DNA from: Lama guanicoe
Lineage: Eukaryota
DNA length: 64,000 bases
Assembly (NCBI GenBank): GCA_013239625.1
Contig: MU053881.1
Coordinates: forward strand, 11,669,957-11,733,956
Reading direction: 5' to 3'
Shown: piece by piece, positions 26,963 to 40,200 of the stretch
Layout: every line of letters begins with the position of its first letter
How positions within the stretch are numbered: the first letter of the stretch is position 1
Position numbers and translations under genes: made by a program
The notes under the pieces: generated by a model
What the model was told of the DNA's origin: nothing
What the model saw: only the letters and a program-made list of their open reading frames with translations
Databases searched by the model: none

Positions 26963-29220
26963 CTAAATAGACATACAAACTTGTAGAAGTTAAAGTCACT
27001 AATATTACCAGTGTATTAAGATGACTCTCCCATAAAGCTGAGATTCGTAACTGGCAGGATGTGGACAGAGGCAATCCATGGGTTATTTAACTATTTATTT
27101 GACTTTCTGATGGGCTGAAATTGAAATAATTGCCCAAATTTGAAAATAAGAAATTCTAATAGAATTTTGACAATAAATTTTCTGGAAAAACTAGAATATT
27201 TCATAACATGGGGCCCAAGTTTTCTTCCAGTAATAGAGAGTTAGGGTTGAATAGTGGCTACTGTTTTGGAAGAGGGTTTATATTCTCCATGCAACCAAAC
27301 CCCTATTCACTTGCAAAATCTTTCCAATTTTGAAGTCGAGCTCCCTCCTTGCATTAAACATCTATTGATTTTACTTGTTTATGTTGCCTACTTGGCCCCT
27401 GTAATCTCTGACTTTACAATCTTAGCTATAAAGCCTGTCACTCACTAAGTAATTCTGACCACCACTTTGTGCTTAGTATGTCTCTGAGAACCCTAAGGAT
27501 GTGAATGAAGTTTAAGACCTACTTCATGCCCTCAGGTAGCTTTCTGTCTTGTTGAAGATATTAAAATACCCAAGAAGGGCTGAGAGAACAGGCAAGTACA
27601 TAATAATAGACTATCTGCACAGTATAGAGAGTAACTGTTAGGTAAACAGAAACCACATATGGGTGGAAATTAACATTTACACTGGATTAGATATGTGGGG
27701 AGAAGAAAGAATACATTACGCAAAATTTGTAGATTTAAATCTATTGCAGCTTTAAGAACAAGCAGGAGGAGTAAGTTAACCAGTGAAAATAAAAAAGACC
27801 AACTACCTTGGAAATAACTGAGGTCTATCTGCTGGACAGGAAATTAAAGTTAGACCATATTTAGAGGACAATTTTGAAATACAAATCTGAGTAAAAGTTG
27901 TTGCATAAACCTTGATTTATCCTTAAGTCTATTCCCCACCGGCACCCCTGTTCCACTCACAGTCTCAGTGGTAAGTTTTGCCTTTCTCACTAGAAATATG
28001 GCGACTCTACTGCTTGTTTTCAGATGCTCTTTCCTGGTTAAGGCTTGAAAATAGATTGTAAGTCATTTATGAGTTAGTCAATAAGACCAGCCTTCCCTTA
28101 CTGCAAGCTCCTTATAAAATGTGGCCCAAACATGTTTATTACTGATCAGCAGTTTCTCATTATTGCTCTGTCTCTGTCGATGTGAACATTGATTAATTGT
28201 AATTGCAGTTTTGGCCAGCGCGGATTGATTAAAACACAAAGTAACAAGAATTGTACAAGAATGTCAAAAGGTAGGAGCAGTTCTATAGAACTCTTGGAGG
28301 ATATGCTGACTCATTCAAGGTGGAGGGCATATGCTGCTAGAGCCAGCAGAACAGAGAGAAAAAACAACAACATTAGTCTAATTTAAGAAATGAAATGGAT
28401 GATTAAAAGAAAATGTTGACCTCTGTAATAAATATATTCCAGTTTTCTATTTTATATGGAATAAATTACTAACACAAAATGTAACCCTCTTTAAAAAGTC
28501 TCTTATTGATTCTGATGTTAGGTTAAGTTTTATTATCTTTATTTTGAAAAGATTATAAAATATTAAGATATGAATGCACATATCTAATTTTATAATTTTT
28601 TTTATAAATGAAATGGTATATTTAAAAACATAAACACCTTGGAGAAACTTTATTGATTCTCCAAGCATAATTATTCATAAATTGCTTAAGGGGTTGTGTC
28701 ATACACTGAAATAAATATTCTTAGGGAATGAGTTTCTATGACCTCCTAGAAAAATATGTGCTAGTGTCCTGACATTCTTTGTTATGTATTCAGCCAATAA
28801 ATTTGAGTATGTACCAGGTTCAAGGCTCTATGCTAAACTTACTGGGAAACTATGAATCAAATTAAGACCTTATCTTTGCCCTCCAAGAGCTGCAGCCCAC
28901 CCCCTCCCCCAAAAGAAATGTGACACATACAGGAATTTACAATATAGGGAGAGAATGGGATATATCCAGATTGCTTTGAAAGTTCAGAGTGGGAAGAAGT
29001 CACAGATCACTGGGAAAGATTCAAGAAAGCTTATTAGAAAAATGTCACTTGACTAGACTGAAAGGATACTGACCATCATTTTTATTGGAGTGGAATAGAT
29101 TTCAGAGAAGAATCAGTCCACACCAACACTTAGGAGCAACAAAGCAACGGGCATCAGGTTTGGAGATACGAGGTACAAATGTTTGTAAAGGGCAGCAATC
29201 TTTAAAACTTCAGTTCTCCA

Positions 29221-29362
29221 GAGGGGGCAAGGTATGGTTCAAGTGGTGGAGTGCATGCTTAGCATGTACGAGGTCCTGGGTTCAATCCCCAGTACCTCCA
29301 TTGAAAAACTAAATAAATAAATAAACCTAATTACCACCTCCCCACTAAAAAAAAAAAAAAAA
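29221..29362 (+). mobile_element. tRNA-derived SINE (camelid Vic-1-like)
   Basis: A/B-box-like ggtatggttcaagtggtggag...gggttcaatcccc, then (TAAA)n, cctaattacc and poly-A. Confidence 0.9.
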
Positions 29363-29509
29363 GTCTATTCTCCAAGCCAAAACTTCAAGGGTAGTTCAAT
29401 TTGCAAGTCAGATAAAGACTAAGCTGATCTGATGGAAGCCAAGGTAGGGGCCCAGAACTCTGTTGACTCCTATCTGTACCATCACTCTACTACCACTTTC
29501 CACAATTAC

Positions 29510-29556
29510 CTTATCACTCATGGGGCTGCTGAGGTCCACAACACACCTTTTTAGTA
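29510..29556 (-). pseudogene. Pseudo-exon (47 nt)
   Basis: Long polypyrimidine tract plus aag, donor AAG|gtaatt. Reads (V)LKRCVVDLSSPMSDK, phase 1 to 0. Confidence 0.55.
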
Positions 29557-29710
29557 CTTGGTGAGTAAGTATGTGGTGAAGGAAGAGAAAGAGTGAGAAA
29601 GAAAAGCTGAATAAGAAAAGCATGAGATTATAGTGGATTGTAGACTGCATTAAGTACCAATACCTTTGACAATTACTCAGCAGAAAATAGATGGAGTTGC
29701 TAGAAGTGAC

Positions 29711-29920
29711 CTGTTTTTTGTTTTAACATAGCAGTGATCCGATCAAAGCTACACTGTGGCAAGATGTATTGTTGTTCTTCTAAGGGAATTAATCTCAAAA
29801 GAGTTTGTAACAAAAGGTCACAATGTCCTTGATTTAGTTTCGAGAAGAAGCAATAAACAAACCTATGACCTACTGAATATGGGGATTTAGTGGAACTGTG
29901 ATTGATTGACAGCATTGCTT
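29711..29920 (-). pseudogene. Pseudo-exon
   Basis: acag acceptor, open frame (ORF 29700..29915) and a weak donor gtcact, phase-1 compatible with the next exon. Confidence 0.45.
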
Positions 29921-30080
29921 CTGTATGTTTAAGAGGACTGTGTTGCTAGTATCAGATTGTCAGGACAAAAAGTAAATGTGTGAAGCAGAATAAATTCAGT
30001 GTTTTCCTTTTGAGTTTTTGGCACTAAGTGAATATACAGAGAAAGTGAATCTACTAGAAATCTGTGAATGTCTGACTCAC

Positions 30081-30543
30081 TGTCATAAGGGAAGAGTAGA
30101 AAATAATGTGGTGGAATACTTCATTAAGAAGGTAGTATAAAGAGTAGTAGGAAAAAAAGGGCCAAGAACAAAAATCATAATGAAAAATTAATTTGAAGTC
30201 CAATGGAGTTTATTTTTCTCAGGGTCTGAATTAAGTTGTAAACTTCACTCAGCAGTTGTTTAACTATAAAACAAAGCACTTCCAATAATAATGATTCACT
30301 TATAAAAGACATCCCTAGAAAAGTTAACTCCTTTCTTTAAAAGTATCTCTTCCTCTGGCTTTGCATTGAAATACTTAGCCCTGCAGACAAAGACTTTTGC
30401 TATTCACTCAGCTCTCAACATGTTGTCCGTTGCAACCTTTGTAGCCCAACTATGAGTACAGATCTTAAATCAATTAAGTACAATTCATCGAGTCAGTTAC
30501 GAAACTCTAAAACATTGCAACTCTCAAAGCCTTCTTTGTTTTC
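30081..30543 (-). pseudogene. Pseudo-exon with HEPN R-x4-H-like remnant
   Basis: Acceptor gtcttctcttctttcattaag. Reads ENKEGFESCNVLEFRN*LDELYLIDLR~ICTHSWATKVATDNMLRAE*IAKVFVC. Donor gtgagt after 30081 (alternative gtgaat after 30300). Confidence 0.6.
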
Positions 30544-30922
30544 CTTAATGAAAGAAGAGAAGACAAATTCTTCACTCATTAATTTCATTTAAAAAAATTG
30601 CCTAGACCTTCAGTCCGACATTGAGTATTGACTTTTCTCCATGAGAAACAGATACGGAAGATTTTGAAATTACTTTCAATAAGCGATTTTTTCTGATCAA
30701 TGAGTGAAAAATTAACTTAGATAACTGGGTAATATAGAAAAGTAAAGATTATTCTGTCCCTGAAGATGCACTACTATTTATTTCTGCTTCCATTAAAAAA
30801 ATTTTTTTCTCCTATAACCATTTCTGCAAGGGCCACAAGCAGCAGCGGCTTTGAGTGAATACCTAAAATCTACCTGCTCATTTTAAAGATGGAATATAGT
30901 TTGGTTTGATTTAAATAAGTAC

Positions 30923-31076
30923 CTTAAAAAATTTTTAGTCATCTTATTTCCAGTTCATCTTTTCAGACATACACAAATGTTCAGTTTTTCTGATTTTCTG
31001 ATAGGTGACTTAACAGAGACAAACGAGGGTTCCATCCCAGTCATTCATATGCAACTTTTATGAAACATTGATCACC
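30923..31076 (-). pseudogene. Pseudo-exon (154 nt), HEPN-like
   Basis: Acceptor ccttttttccaattcttcag, donor AAG|gtactt. Reads GDQCFIKVAYE*LGWNPRLSLLSHLSENQKN*TFVYV*KDELEIR*LKIF, with four TGA stops and a probable +1 slip in a T run. Confidence 0.65.
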
Positions 31077-31948
31077 CTGAAGAATTGGAAAAAAGGATCA
31101 GGCAGATGTATTAAACAGGTTAATAGTGGTGACTTAAAGGATTCTGGAGAGAGACAAACTTGGTTTTGAGAAGTAAGACATTCATTAAGTTATTTGACCT
31201 TCCTTAGCTTTAGTATCTGCCTCATAGAGTAATCGTGAGAAATGTATGGAAGGCACTTAGCAAAGAGACCAGCATGGAGTAAGAGCTCAGTAAATGACAT
31301 TATTGTTATCAGTGTATTTCCGAGGTTCAGGTGGCTCACAATCATGCTTTTGCCAGAGGCTTTTTCATTTCTCTACAGATAATTGCAACAAACTCTCCCT
31401 CTCTCCCATCCTCTGTCTCTCTTCTTCTTCTTCTCTCTCTCTCTCTCTCTCTGCCACAGATTTTGTCTTCTCCCCATGGGTCACTGTGGAATTTATGTAG
31501 TAGATATTACTTCCCCCATTTTAAAGGTAAGGAACATGAGCCCATGAAAGACTGTTTTTGGCCCAGGTGTCCTAATAGGAAATGGTTGAGCTGAAACTGA
31601 AATCTGATTTCTCAACAGATACTCATGGTAATAAATCACATCATCTAAAGTATGAAGAACGAAATAGAAAAAAAAAAAGTATGTCCCCTGTAATTGTTAC
31701 TTTCTTTTCTGAGTTCTGTAGAAAACAATGACCACGGTTATATATTTTATTTGTTGAACAATAGAAATGTTACAAAAAGACTTAAAGAAAAATCTAATAG
31801 AACTAGTATGGATTGTAAATTTAAGCTTCACTTTATAGTTGTTTAATGCTGTTACATACTTTAATTTGTCTTCCCAATTAACGCTTAGTTTTTATTCTTC
31901 ATCACCAAACAGGAAACTATCCATCGTGTTAGGAAAGAAGACACTGAC

Positions 31949-32827
31949 CTAGTGGGAGGTTAGTATGACTGCCCTGTTCTCTTACAGAGCAGCCAAGCCG
32001 GGGAAGTTGGTAGATTTTCTTGTTCTTTTTCTCCAGACCATGCTATATCACTCACTCATTAAAGCCGAGGTAAGGAAGAGAAATCTGGGGAGAGAAGTTG
32101 CACTGGACTTTCCTGTGTTCTTTTATAAAAAGTTTGGATACTGTTGGTGGCTCTTGGAGCTATTGAACTGGTGGTTGTATTATTTCTGTTTGAAAAATGT
32201 AAGCAGGTCTTGCTGTGTGAGTTGGAGGATGTGAACAAAGTGAATATGATTTCATGAATGTTGATTTGTTGCTGAACACAATGGTATCTTAATTGAAGAG
32301 CCACCTGTGTAGCAGAAGAAGGACTCTGTTATTAGATTTACCATCTTTTTAAATAAATAAGAATATGTGTATTTTTCAACCTGGAAACTTGTGCTTCCTT
32401 AGAAAATGGACTTGTTTCTTTTTTTCAGTTGTAAAACGTATGAGTACTATATTTCATTTTATCAAACCATAATTTGAAGAGAAGAATGTCCATTATTCAT
32501 GACTAAATCTCTCATCAAAACCTAGAATCCCACAAGAACTTGAGAATTGGCAAATACATGTGAAATCCAGTCCGGAACAATTCTGATTTACAAGGAGCCT
32601 CTCATCTCTATGTTTAAATGTAGCCATGTGCCCCTACAGTCATCTGTCAGAGTAGGAGAATTTCCAGATAATCAAAATGTCACAAAGTTAATACATTTAA
32701 TTTTTATTTCATCCCCTGCAAGTATGAACTCTGATTGTAATTACAGCTTCATCTGCTCTTGAATGATTTTTTATATCAGACGAAGATAGTGCTTTAATGA
32801 CCACACTGATGTAGAATAAGGAACCAG
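31949..32827 (-). pseudogene. One large or two pseudo-exons (acceptors at 32827 and 32304; donor gtcagt after 31949)
   Basis: Acceptors ttgtttcctcttttaag and ccttcttctgctacacag. Reads include YSYVLQLKKRNKSIF, VALQLRYHCVQQQINIHEIIFTLF and ENRAVILTSH. Confidence 0.5.
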
Positions 32828-33192
32828 CTTAAAAGAGGAAACAATAAGAATGCTTGGAAAGTAGAGAAAATCCTGATGCTATAAAGCATACAACATGTGT
32901 CTTGATGTCACAATTAATAGTTAAATATTTAACTCCCGTAACTTACTTCTAACAATAGTCACATGTTGTTTTCTCTGGCCAAGATATTAAATTGGAGGGG
33001 ACAAAATCCAGAGCAAAAATGTTCTAGTGGGAAAAGCAAATTTAAATATAGAAGAAACCTAAATAGGGCTGATCATTTATGGTAACCGTTATTTCATAAG
33101 ATAAGGAATCTGAGGAATATATTCCACTGGCCTCATTCTACCATGTTCTTACCAGTTAGATACAGAATAACTATCAGGTCTTCCCCACTTAC

Positions 33193-33558
33193 ATCTCTCA
33201 TCAGATGCCTAGGGGAAATGATTTAGGATTTGATGATACCTTTATTCTGCTTCAGCCAGAGATGGACCTTAATACAATGGCTTAAGTTTTATTCCTAACT
33301 TAACAGACATAGCTACACAATATTGAACAAACTATCAGCATTGATATTTTAAATTGCTCCTCTATTAAAAGTAATAGTAATATTTGTCCTACTATGACAT
33401 GGGCTTCTTTTGATACAGAAATGAGATGATATAATTTCTGGTACGTTTGAAATAATATGAAAATAAGTGTTATCAATTGCTGGCTGTTATTTAAATAATA
33501 TGTCCTAGGAGTCAACTTTTTCTCAAGTTTATGGGGAGGACAAGCAGAAGACAGAAAT
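33193..33558 (-). pseudogene. Pseudo-exon (366 nt)
   Basis: Acceptor cattcccttttcctcacaag, consensus donor GAT|gtaagt. Overlaps ORF 33300..33620 (QLITLIFILFQTYQKLYHLISVSKEAHVIVGQILL). Confidence 0.5.
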
Positions 33559-34149
33559 CTTGTGAGGAAAAGGGAATGAGAAATGGGTACATGTGAACGT
33601 GGATGGACACTGTTTTGCATAATGGAATTTTGATGTTGCTAAAAATCCTAAATTACCTACTTCAAAACTTCTTGTTTGGAAGTAGAAATCTGGAAAAGTT
33701 AACAAGAGTCATACCCAGTGCCCACAGCCAATATGAAGCACAGTTCGGACTACAGTCTCCAGAACTTGAGCCGAATGTTCTTCTCTTTATGTCTAAACTC
33801 CACATTGCAAAATTTTCCTTCTATATGCAAAATCCCAGAAGAGTTAAAGGCAAATACTTAACAATAGAGGGGCATGAAGTGTGAATCCCGCAGGTTCTTC
33901 TAATTGTAAGATCTCAGAGTAAGAAATACTCTTTGAGTTCATCTAATTCAAAAGATTATTTCATACATTTTCACTCTCCTTGGCAGACGATGGTCCACCC
34001 TCTATGATTATCTCTAGGGGGAAAAAAAGGAAATATTTTTTACTGTTATTTGCATTAAAATGGGAAATATCTAAAAGTAGATGGTTATTCTTTAGGCATG
34101 CACATGACTACACATTGAAACCCCAGGTTGGTATTAAAACAACTCCAGG

Positions 34150-34550
34150 TAGCTTGCTGACTTCCAGTCCTCACTCACTGCGCTCCAGGCACACTGACCT
34201 TCCATTATGCTATTCCCTAAGTACAAGAAACCATCTCCCAAACTGATGTCTTGCTTCTTCTGCCTAGAAAGTGCCTTCTCCAAAAAGGTACATGACTTCC
34301 TCCTCCTCTTCATTCAGGCTACCCTCAAATGTCTCTTCATTGGAAAGACACATGGGACCACCCTATCAAAAACAAGATCATTCTCCACTCCATTACTTTG
34401 TCCCCTTACACTGGTTTGCTTGCTTCTTACTTTATAAATGTATCATCTGTTTCTCTCTACCTTAATAGAAACTCTCTGCAAGGAAGACTTTGTTTTATCC
34501 TATGTTCTACTTACTCTCAGCACCTAAAACAGGGCTTGGCACATGGAAAA
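34150..34550 (+). mobile_element. L2 3' fragment
   Basis: ctgcctagaaagtgccttctcc...ctcaaatgtc...cagcacctaaaacagggcttggcacat. Confidence 0.7.
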
Positions 34551-35099
34551 AGAAGAAAAAAACTTTCAAACTTTCAATCCTTAACAACTTTAGATATTTT
34601 ATTTATCCATCAAGGAAAAATTCTATCAAAAGGGATCTATTAACTATTTATATATTTCCTTTAAAGGATAATTATTTCAATCATTTCAGTTTCTGTATAA
34701 TAATTTCTGAGTATATTTGGAATTCTTAATCATCAACATGGTGTACTTCAATGACTGCCTGTTATGTGGAACACCTACATATAATGATAAATATTCAATC
34801 AATTAAAATGTTTTGAAATGAGCAGGTGTTTACAGATATGTAAAAACTCTTCAAGTGTTGACTAAATTAATGACATTTTAGCAGGCATCTTATCATGCAT
34901 ATGTGATGGGCCTTTATACTGGTGATTTATGGATTTGAAACATTTCCGTATGGTGCATAGTGTCTGGCAGAGATCCCAAAGTTAGTTTTTGCTGACAGTG
35001 GTGGTGATAAAGAATCAGTAATTTTAATATCCGTATTATATGATGATGAGGACAGAGAATAGAAGGAGAAAGAAGAGAAAGAAGAAAAAGTGCCATCAG

Positions 35100-36230
35100 A
35101 ATGCAAAATACATTTGTTAATTTTGAGAATGTCTATGGAAAATGGGGAACTGACAAATGTGAAACTCTCAAACACATAAATAATTAAAACATATCCAAGA
35201 AGCAGAAAATGGAATAGACCAATAAGCAGAAAAGAAACTGAAAAAAAGTAGTGAAAGAATTGCCTCCCAAAATAGCTTCAGGGCTAGGCAGTTTTACAGT
35301 CCAGTTCTTTCCAGCGTTCAAAACACAAATAATGTCATCTTTATATATAAGCCCTCTGGAGTATTGAGAGAGGGGGGATGGGTTCCCAACATGTTTTATA
35401 CACTGAGCATAATACTGATAAGAAAAATCAGAGAGTACAAAATCCGAAGACTTCAGACCAATAACAATAACATGGAAACAAAAGGTCTAGCTTGAACTAA
35501 TCAGTGTATTAAAGAAGAATTCATCATACCTAAGAAGAGTTTGCATTAAGATGCAAAAATATTTAATTTTCAGACTTGTAATACAGTTTATCAACAGTAT
35601 ATTTTAAGGGAAAAAAAATGTTTGACCATCTGAGCTAACTTTAAAAATATTTGATAAGATTCTTTATTTTTTTTAAAAAATTCTTAATACATATATACCT
35701 TAATCATAACAGGGATTATCTAACTAAACTCATATCCAATATCACACTTAACAGTAAAGAAGTAGGATCAATTTTATTAAAGTCAAGGAATATACAAGAA
35801 TGTTACCTTTCATCTTTATTATTGCAAAGTATTTTGAAATTTCTAGCCCATGTTATCTGATAAAATCAAGGACAAAAGACTTCATTCCTTGAAAGAAGGA
35901 AACAAAATCTGTACTCGCACATGCTATCCAAAAGAGGTATCTGGAAAAATGGTTAGTAAGACATCTGGTTACAAAAAATATATCAAAATAATTTACTTTA
36001 CTACATACTAACAATAATACATTAGAAAACACAGTAAAAGACTATCAAAATTAGCAAAAACTTACATAAAATACCTTTGCCAAAGGTATCCAAGGCCTAT
36101 ATGAAGGCAGCCACAGAGTTCCACTGAACAATATTGAAACAAAATTAATGAATTGGGAGGGATGCATATTCCTGGATAGTCCAGCTTGATACTGTCAAGC
36201 CATCAATCCAGAGAAACAGATTTATATATT
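35100..36230 (+). mobile_element. Highly decayed L1M ORF2 remnant
   Basis: Degenerate SPGPDGF region (cttcagggctaggcagttttacag), tttgataagattc and aagtcaaggaatatacaagaatg. Confidence 0.65.
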
Positions 36231-37036
36231 TGATCCAATGTCAACAATATATATATTTTTTGCTCTTATATGCTCTTTTATCTCCAAATAAAATTTTAAA
36301 TTATTTTATTAAATTCTCTATAATCTCTTTGGAAGTATTATTGGAAACCTGTTGGTTGTTCCAGTTGATTTTTCAGGAACAAATTTTTAAAAATCAGCCA
36401 TAAGTCATGTACAACAACATCAGCCTTCTTTTATCATCATTTATTTATCTACATCTGGAGTGATAGAACTTGCTTACCAATAATGAGTATTATGGCAAAA
36501 CCATGAGGTAAAATCAAAATGTGTAGCTTTATTAAGTTCTACAAAATTTTCAGATAGCCTAATTAATTCACTTATTCATTCAAGTAACATTTATTTAATA
36601 CCAACCTTGTAACCTTACTGAGCTAAATTTTCAGGCCACAAAAATGTAACAGAAGAGTCACAGTGACAGTCAGACATATGAACTGATGCTGAGTGGTGAG
36701 TTGGTAGCAGAGATTTATCCAGTGTAATTCTAGAAGCTATCGTTTCAGTTCCAAAGAAACTGAATGGTAGTACAACTTTTCAATTTCAATCAATGATGTT
36801 AAGCACTTACACCCGTGCTCTTATTATTGCTCTGCCCTTTTCCGTTTCACAACTAGCAACATTTTGATGACACTACAATTATGCTGTACATATTAAAAGA
36901 ACAAAACCAAAAATACAAATTAATATCAATGCAATAAAATGTTTTGGCTAACATAACCCAGACCTTTCCTTCTTAATATCAACAGGCTACTCTGGTGCCT
37001 CTATTTGGAGACCACCAAGTGATAAGAACATCTTAC

Positions 37037-37205
37037 TCTAGGAAATATATAGATGATTGGACATTATTGTGTGCTGAAGCTGTCTGCTTCCAGGGTAAAA
37101 ACTTAAATGTTTTTCTCTTTAGGAGTTCAAACCATCCTTCATTTTGATTCATGTATGTTCAAGTCCAAAGGGAAAAACACTTTTCATTTGCCAGTCAAGC
37201 AAGTT
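37037..37205 (-). pseudogene. Pseudo-exon fragment, HEPN-like N-terminal half
   Basis: gtaaga donor. Reads MKSVFPFGLEH~YMNQNEGWFELLKRKTFKFLPWKQTASAHNNVQSSIYFL. Acceptor not resolved. Confidence 0.4.
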
Positions 37206-40200
37206 AATTTTGAGAGAAAAGTTTAATTAAGATTAAACAAACTTAGATTGTTTGTTAGCCTAAAGGCATAAAACTCTAAAACCAAATTAGTTGCAGGATA
37301 ATTGCTGTTGTGAAAAATATTTTCTTCTACACAAGGCCAGTACTGTGTATTTTAAATTAAACTTCAAATGTCTCCATCGTTACAAGGAATTCATAGAATA
37401 ACAAAAGTAAGAAGGTCCTTAATTTTCAATTATCAGCCAGGCAGGCCATTGTTGCTATTTTTTTTAACATGGAAAAGTTGCTTAGATTAAGAAAATGCAT
37501 TAATAAAAACATGAACAAATTTGGGTTTTTGAAAATACCGGCTTAAAAAATGTTTCCCCTTTTTATTAAAACTGATTTTCAACAGTTAAAAGTGGAAGTA
37601 TCCACATAAGTATGGATGAGAGGCAGTCAGATTGAATGATACAAAGACAAAGTGAAAAAAGAAGCTGTATGAGGACTGAAATCATAACTATGTGTGTGCA
37701 CTTATTTTTTTAATGTGGAAAGAAAACTGGTACAAGCAATAGCAGGAAGTGTTTCTAATAATAACAAAAATTTAAGGAAAACTTATTTTTGGAGTAAAAA
37801 ATTAGAAGAGCTAGACTCCGTCTTTTAAAAGAGAAAACCCCAAACTCGAATTTCCCCCAGATTGTAACTCTACAAATTACAGAGATACAGTGTGACAGCA
37901 GCAGGTGCAAAATCCTTTATTATTAATCTCAAGAGATGATGATATGACTCTGAACCTCATCTCAGGAATTCTAACTATTTCAAATGTTTCTTCTTTTGAA
38001 TCAGTAATAAGATATTTAGCTTTTTAAATGAGTGGGAACTGTTAGGTTATGGCTTCTGCTGAGCTGATCTGTCAGCACATTTTATTATCACACATAAAGT
38101 GAATTTTACTTTATGTTGGAATAAACTCATTCTAATAATCTGTATCCTGATGAAGGATTAAGGACAGATTTAAGTAAAGCTGGTTGATAGTCTAATCATT
38201 GGGGAAATAATTATTGTACCTCAGGTAGTTGTCAGCCTATACACATCAGTAAACAATTAGTGACATCCTATAATTTCTGAAAGAGAAGGTAATTGAAGTA
38301 ACATTCACTCCACTCTAAGGAAACAAACCTTTGCTTTATACAGGGCATTCTCTGACCCCTCTGGCTAATCTCACACATAATCTTTAAGGAAATGTCAAAG
38401 CAATACTTCCTAGTTATAAAAAGTAGAAAGTATTGTGGGAGTCTCCAGATTTTTGTGTGTTTACATATGTGTATGTGTGTATATTTTTTAAGGGAAAATC
38501 AACTGTTTGACCATGTAACTCTGGGAAATGAGTGGGCAAAATATTTATCCTCTTTGTGCTTCTATTTTTTTAACCTTTAAAATGAAACTAAAAATACACA
38601 TTGTGCTTTTAAAAAACAAATTGAGCATTAAATGAGTAAGGTATTATAAGCACTAAGTAAGTGAGAAAGATGTAAATATATTTAAATAGAGATATATGCA
38701 ACACATGGTATAGATGACATACGATGCATCATGTCTGATGAATATGCGTGTATGTGTATATATGTGTATATTCATATTCATAAATAACAATTTGGTTTTT
38801 AGAAATCTGAATAGCACGTGTTAAATGTAGAATGGGATTACCAGGCAAAGGTTGACCTTGACACCTAATTAACAGGTCACTATAAGCTCCATGGGGAGGA
38901 TAAACTCATATTCAGTGAGTGGACCAGCCCTCGATCCTTCCTATTAGGGAGTGAGCAGTGACATAAGGGTTAAGATCATGGACTCTGGGGTCAGCCTGCC
39001 TTGGTTTAAATCCAAATCCTCCATCCATTACTTATCTGATTTAAAATCATTTAAACTCTAGTTTGAAAGGAGAGATAACATATTACCTTATTCATAGATT
39101 TACTGAGGGGTGGTGGTTATTGACATAATTCATATAATGAATTTGAATTTCAATTTAAGTTTAGTTGTTGTTATTCCATGGGGACTACCTATTCCAGGTC
39201 TCATAACGGCTGGTTACCAAATATGGGGCTGAGTTGTGATCAAGAAAAAAGACAAACGGATGTGAGACTTGGCAAATGTGTCACTCCTCAAAATATTTTA
39301 TAAAACTTCCTAGTCAGTCATTTTACTCAAAGAGCAAGTCTGAATGTTACTTAAATATGTCATTTACAAGACTATTAATTGCAATGAAGACATCTTTTCT
39401 CAATTTATGAAATTTCTTCCCTAGATCAATGGCTGAGAACTAGATATGCACTCCAATTTATATTCAATTTTTAAAATTTATCAAAATATATTAGAAGTAA
39501 ACTTTTCATAAGTTTTAAACTTATCTCCAGTTTCAACATGTCCTCTACTTTCCATATTGTCCAGATTTACTTTGACAGCTTAAAGTTTGGGACAGAAAAC
39601 ACAGCCAAGAGGAAGAAAGGTGGAAGCAGAAATAGAAATCCTCAGATCTGGGCTGAGGACTCCAAGCAGCTTATTCTAGGGAGAAATGAGCAAGGCCATC
39701 AGAGGACTGAAAACAAACTTCCAAACTCTACAGCTGGACCATCAACCATGACAGTAATGGCCACATGATGGATACGTTATGGCATGGTAGTAAAGCCAGT
39801 CTCTACATCTGACTATAACTCACATTTATTAATGCAAAAAACTTCATCACCACCACACGCCTAATAATTATGAGCACTAGCATGGTAGTTTGCAAACTCA
39901 CTTGTGTTTGTTTGTTTTTTTAAGTCTAGGTACTCTATTTTAAAAGAAAAATCATTTGCCTTAATCTTTGCCTTTCAATTCACATTTTCTTTCTCTTATG
40001 ATCCTATAAAACTGCTAAGGAAAGCAAATTATTTATGTTTACAACCTTTGAAACCATTTTATAGAAATTAAAAAGTTTGCAGGATATTCCTGTTTTAATC
40101 CCAGTGTTCTTTTAAACTATATTCTTGGAGCATTAGAAGTTTTACAAGCCCCTTTGTGGACTGTGTTAGGACAGAGGAAAGCAAAGTAGAATTCCAGACC

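Noticed and set aside
29221..29310. tRNA-like A/B boxes
   Set aside because: SINE head with simple-repeat and poly-A tail, not a tRNA gene.
34927..35175. YNTDIKITDSLSPPLSAKTNFGI resembles a cadherin repeat end
   Set aside because: Isolated motif. The upstream part is a translated polypyrimidine tract and no LDRE/DxNDN motifs are nearby. It may be a pseudo-exon read in another frame.
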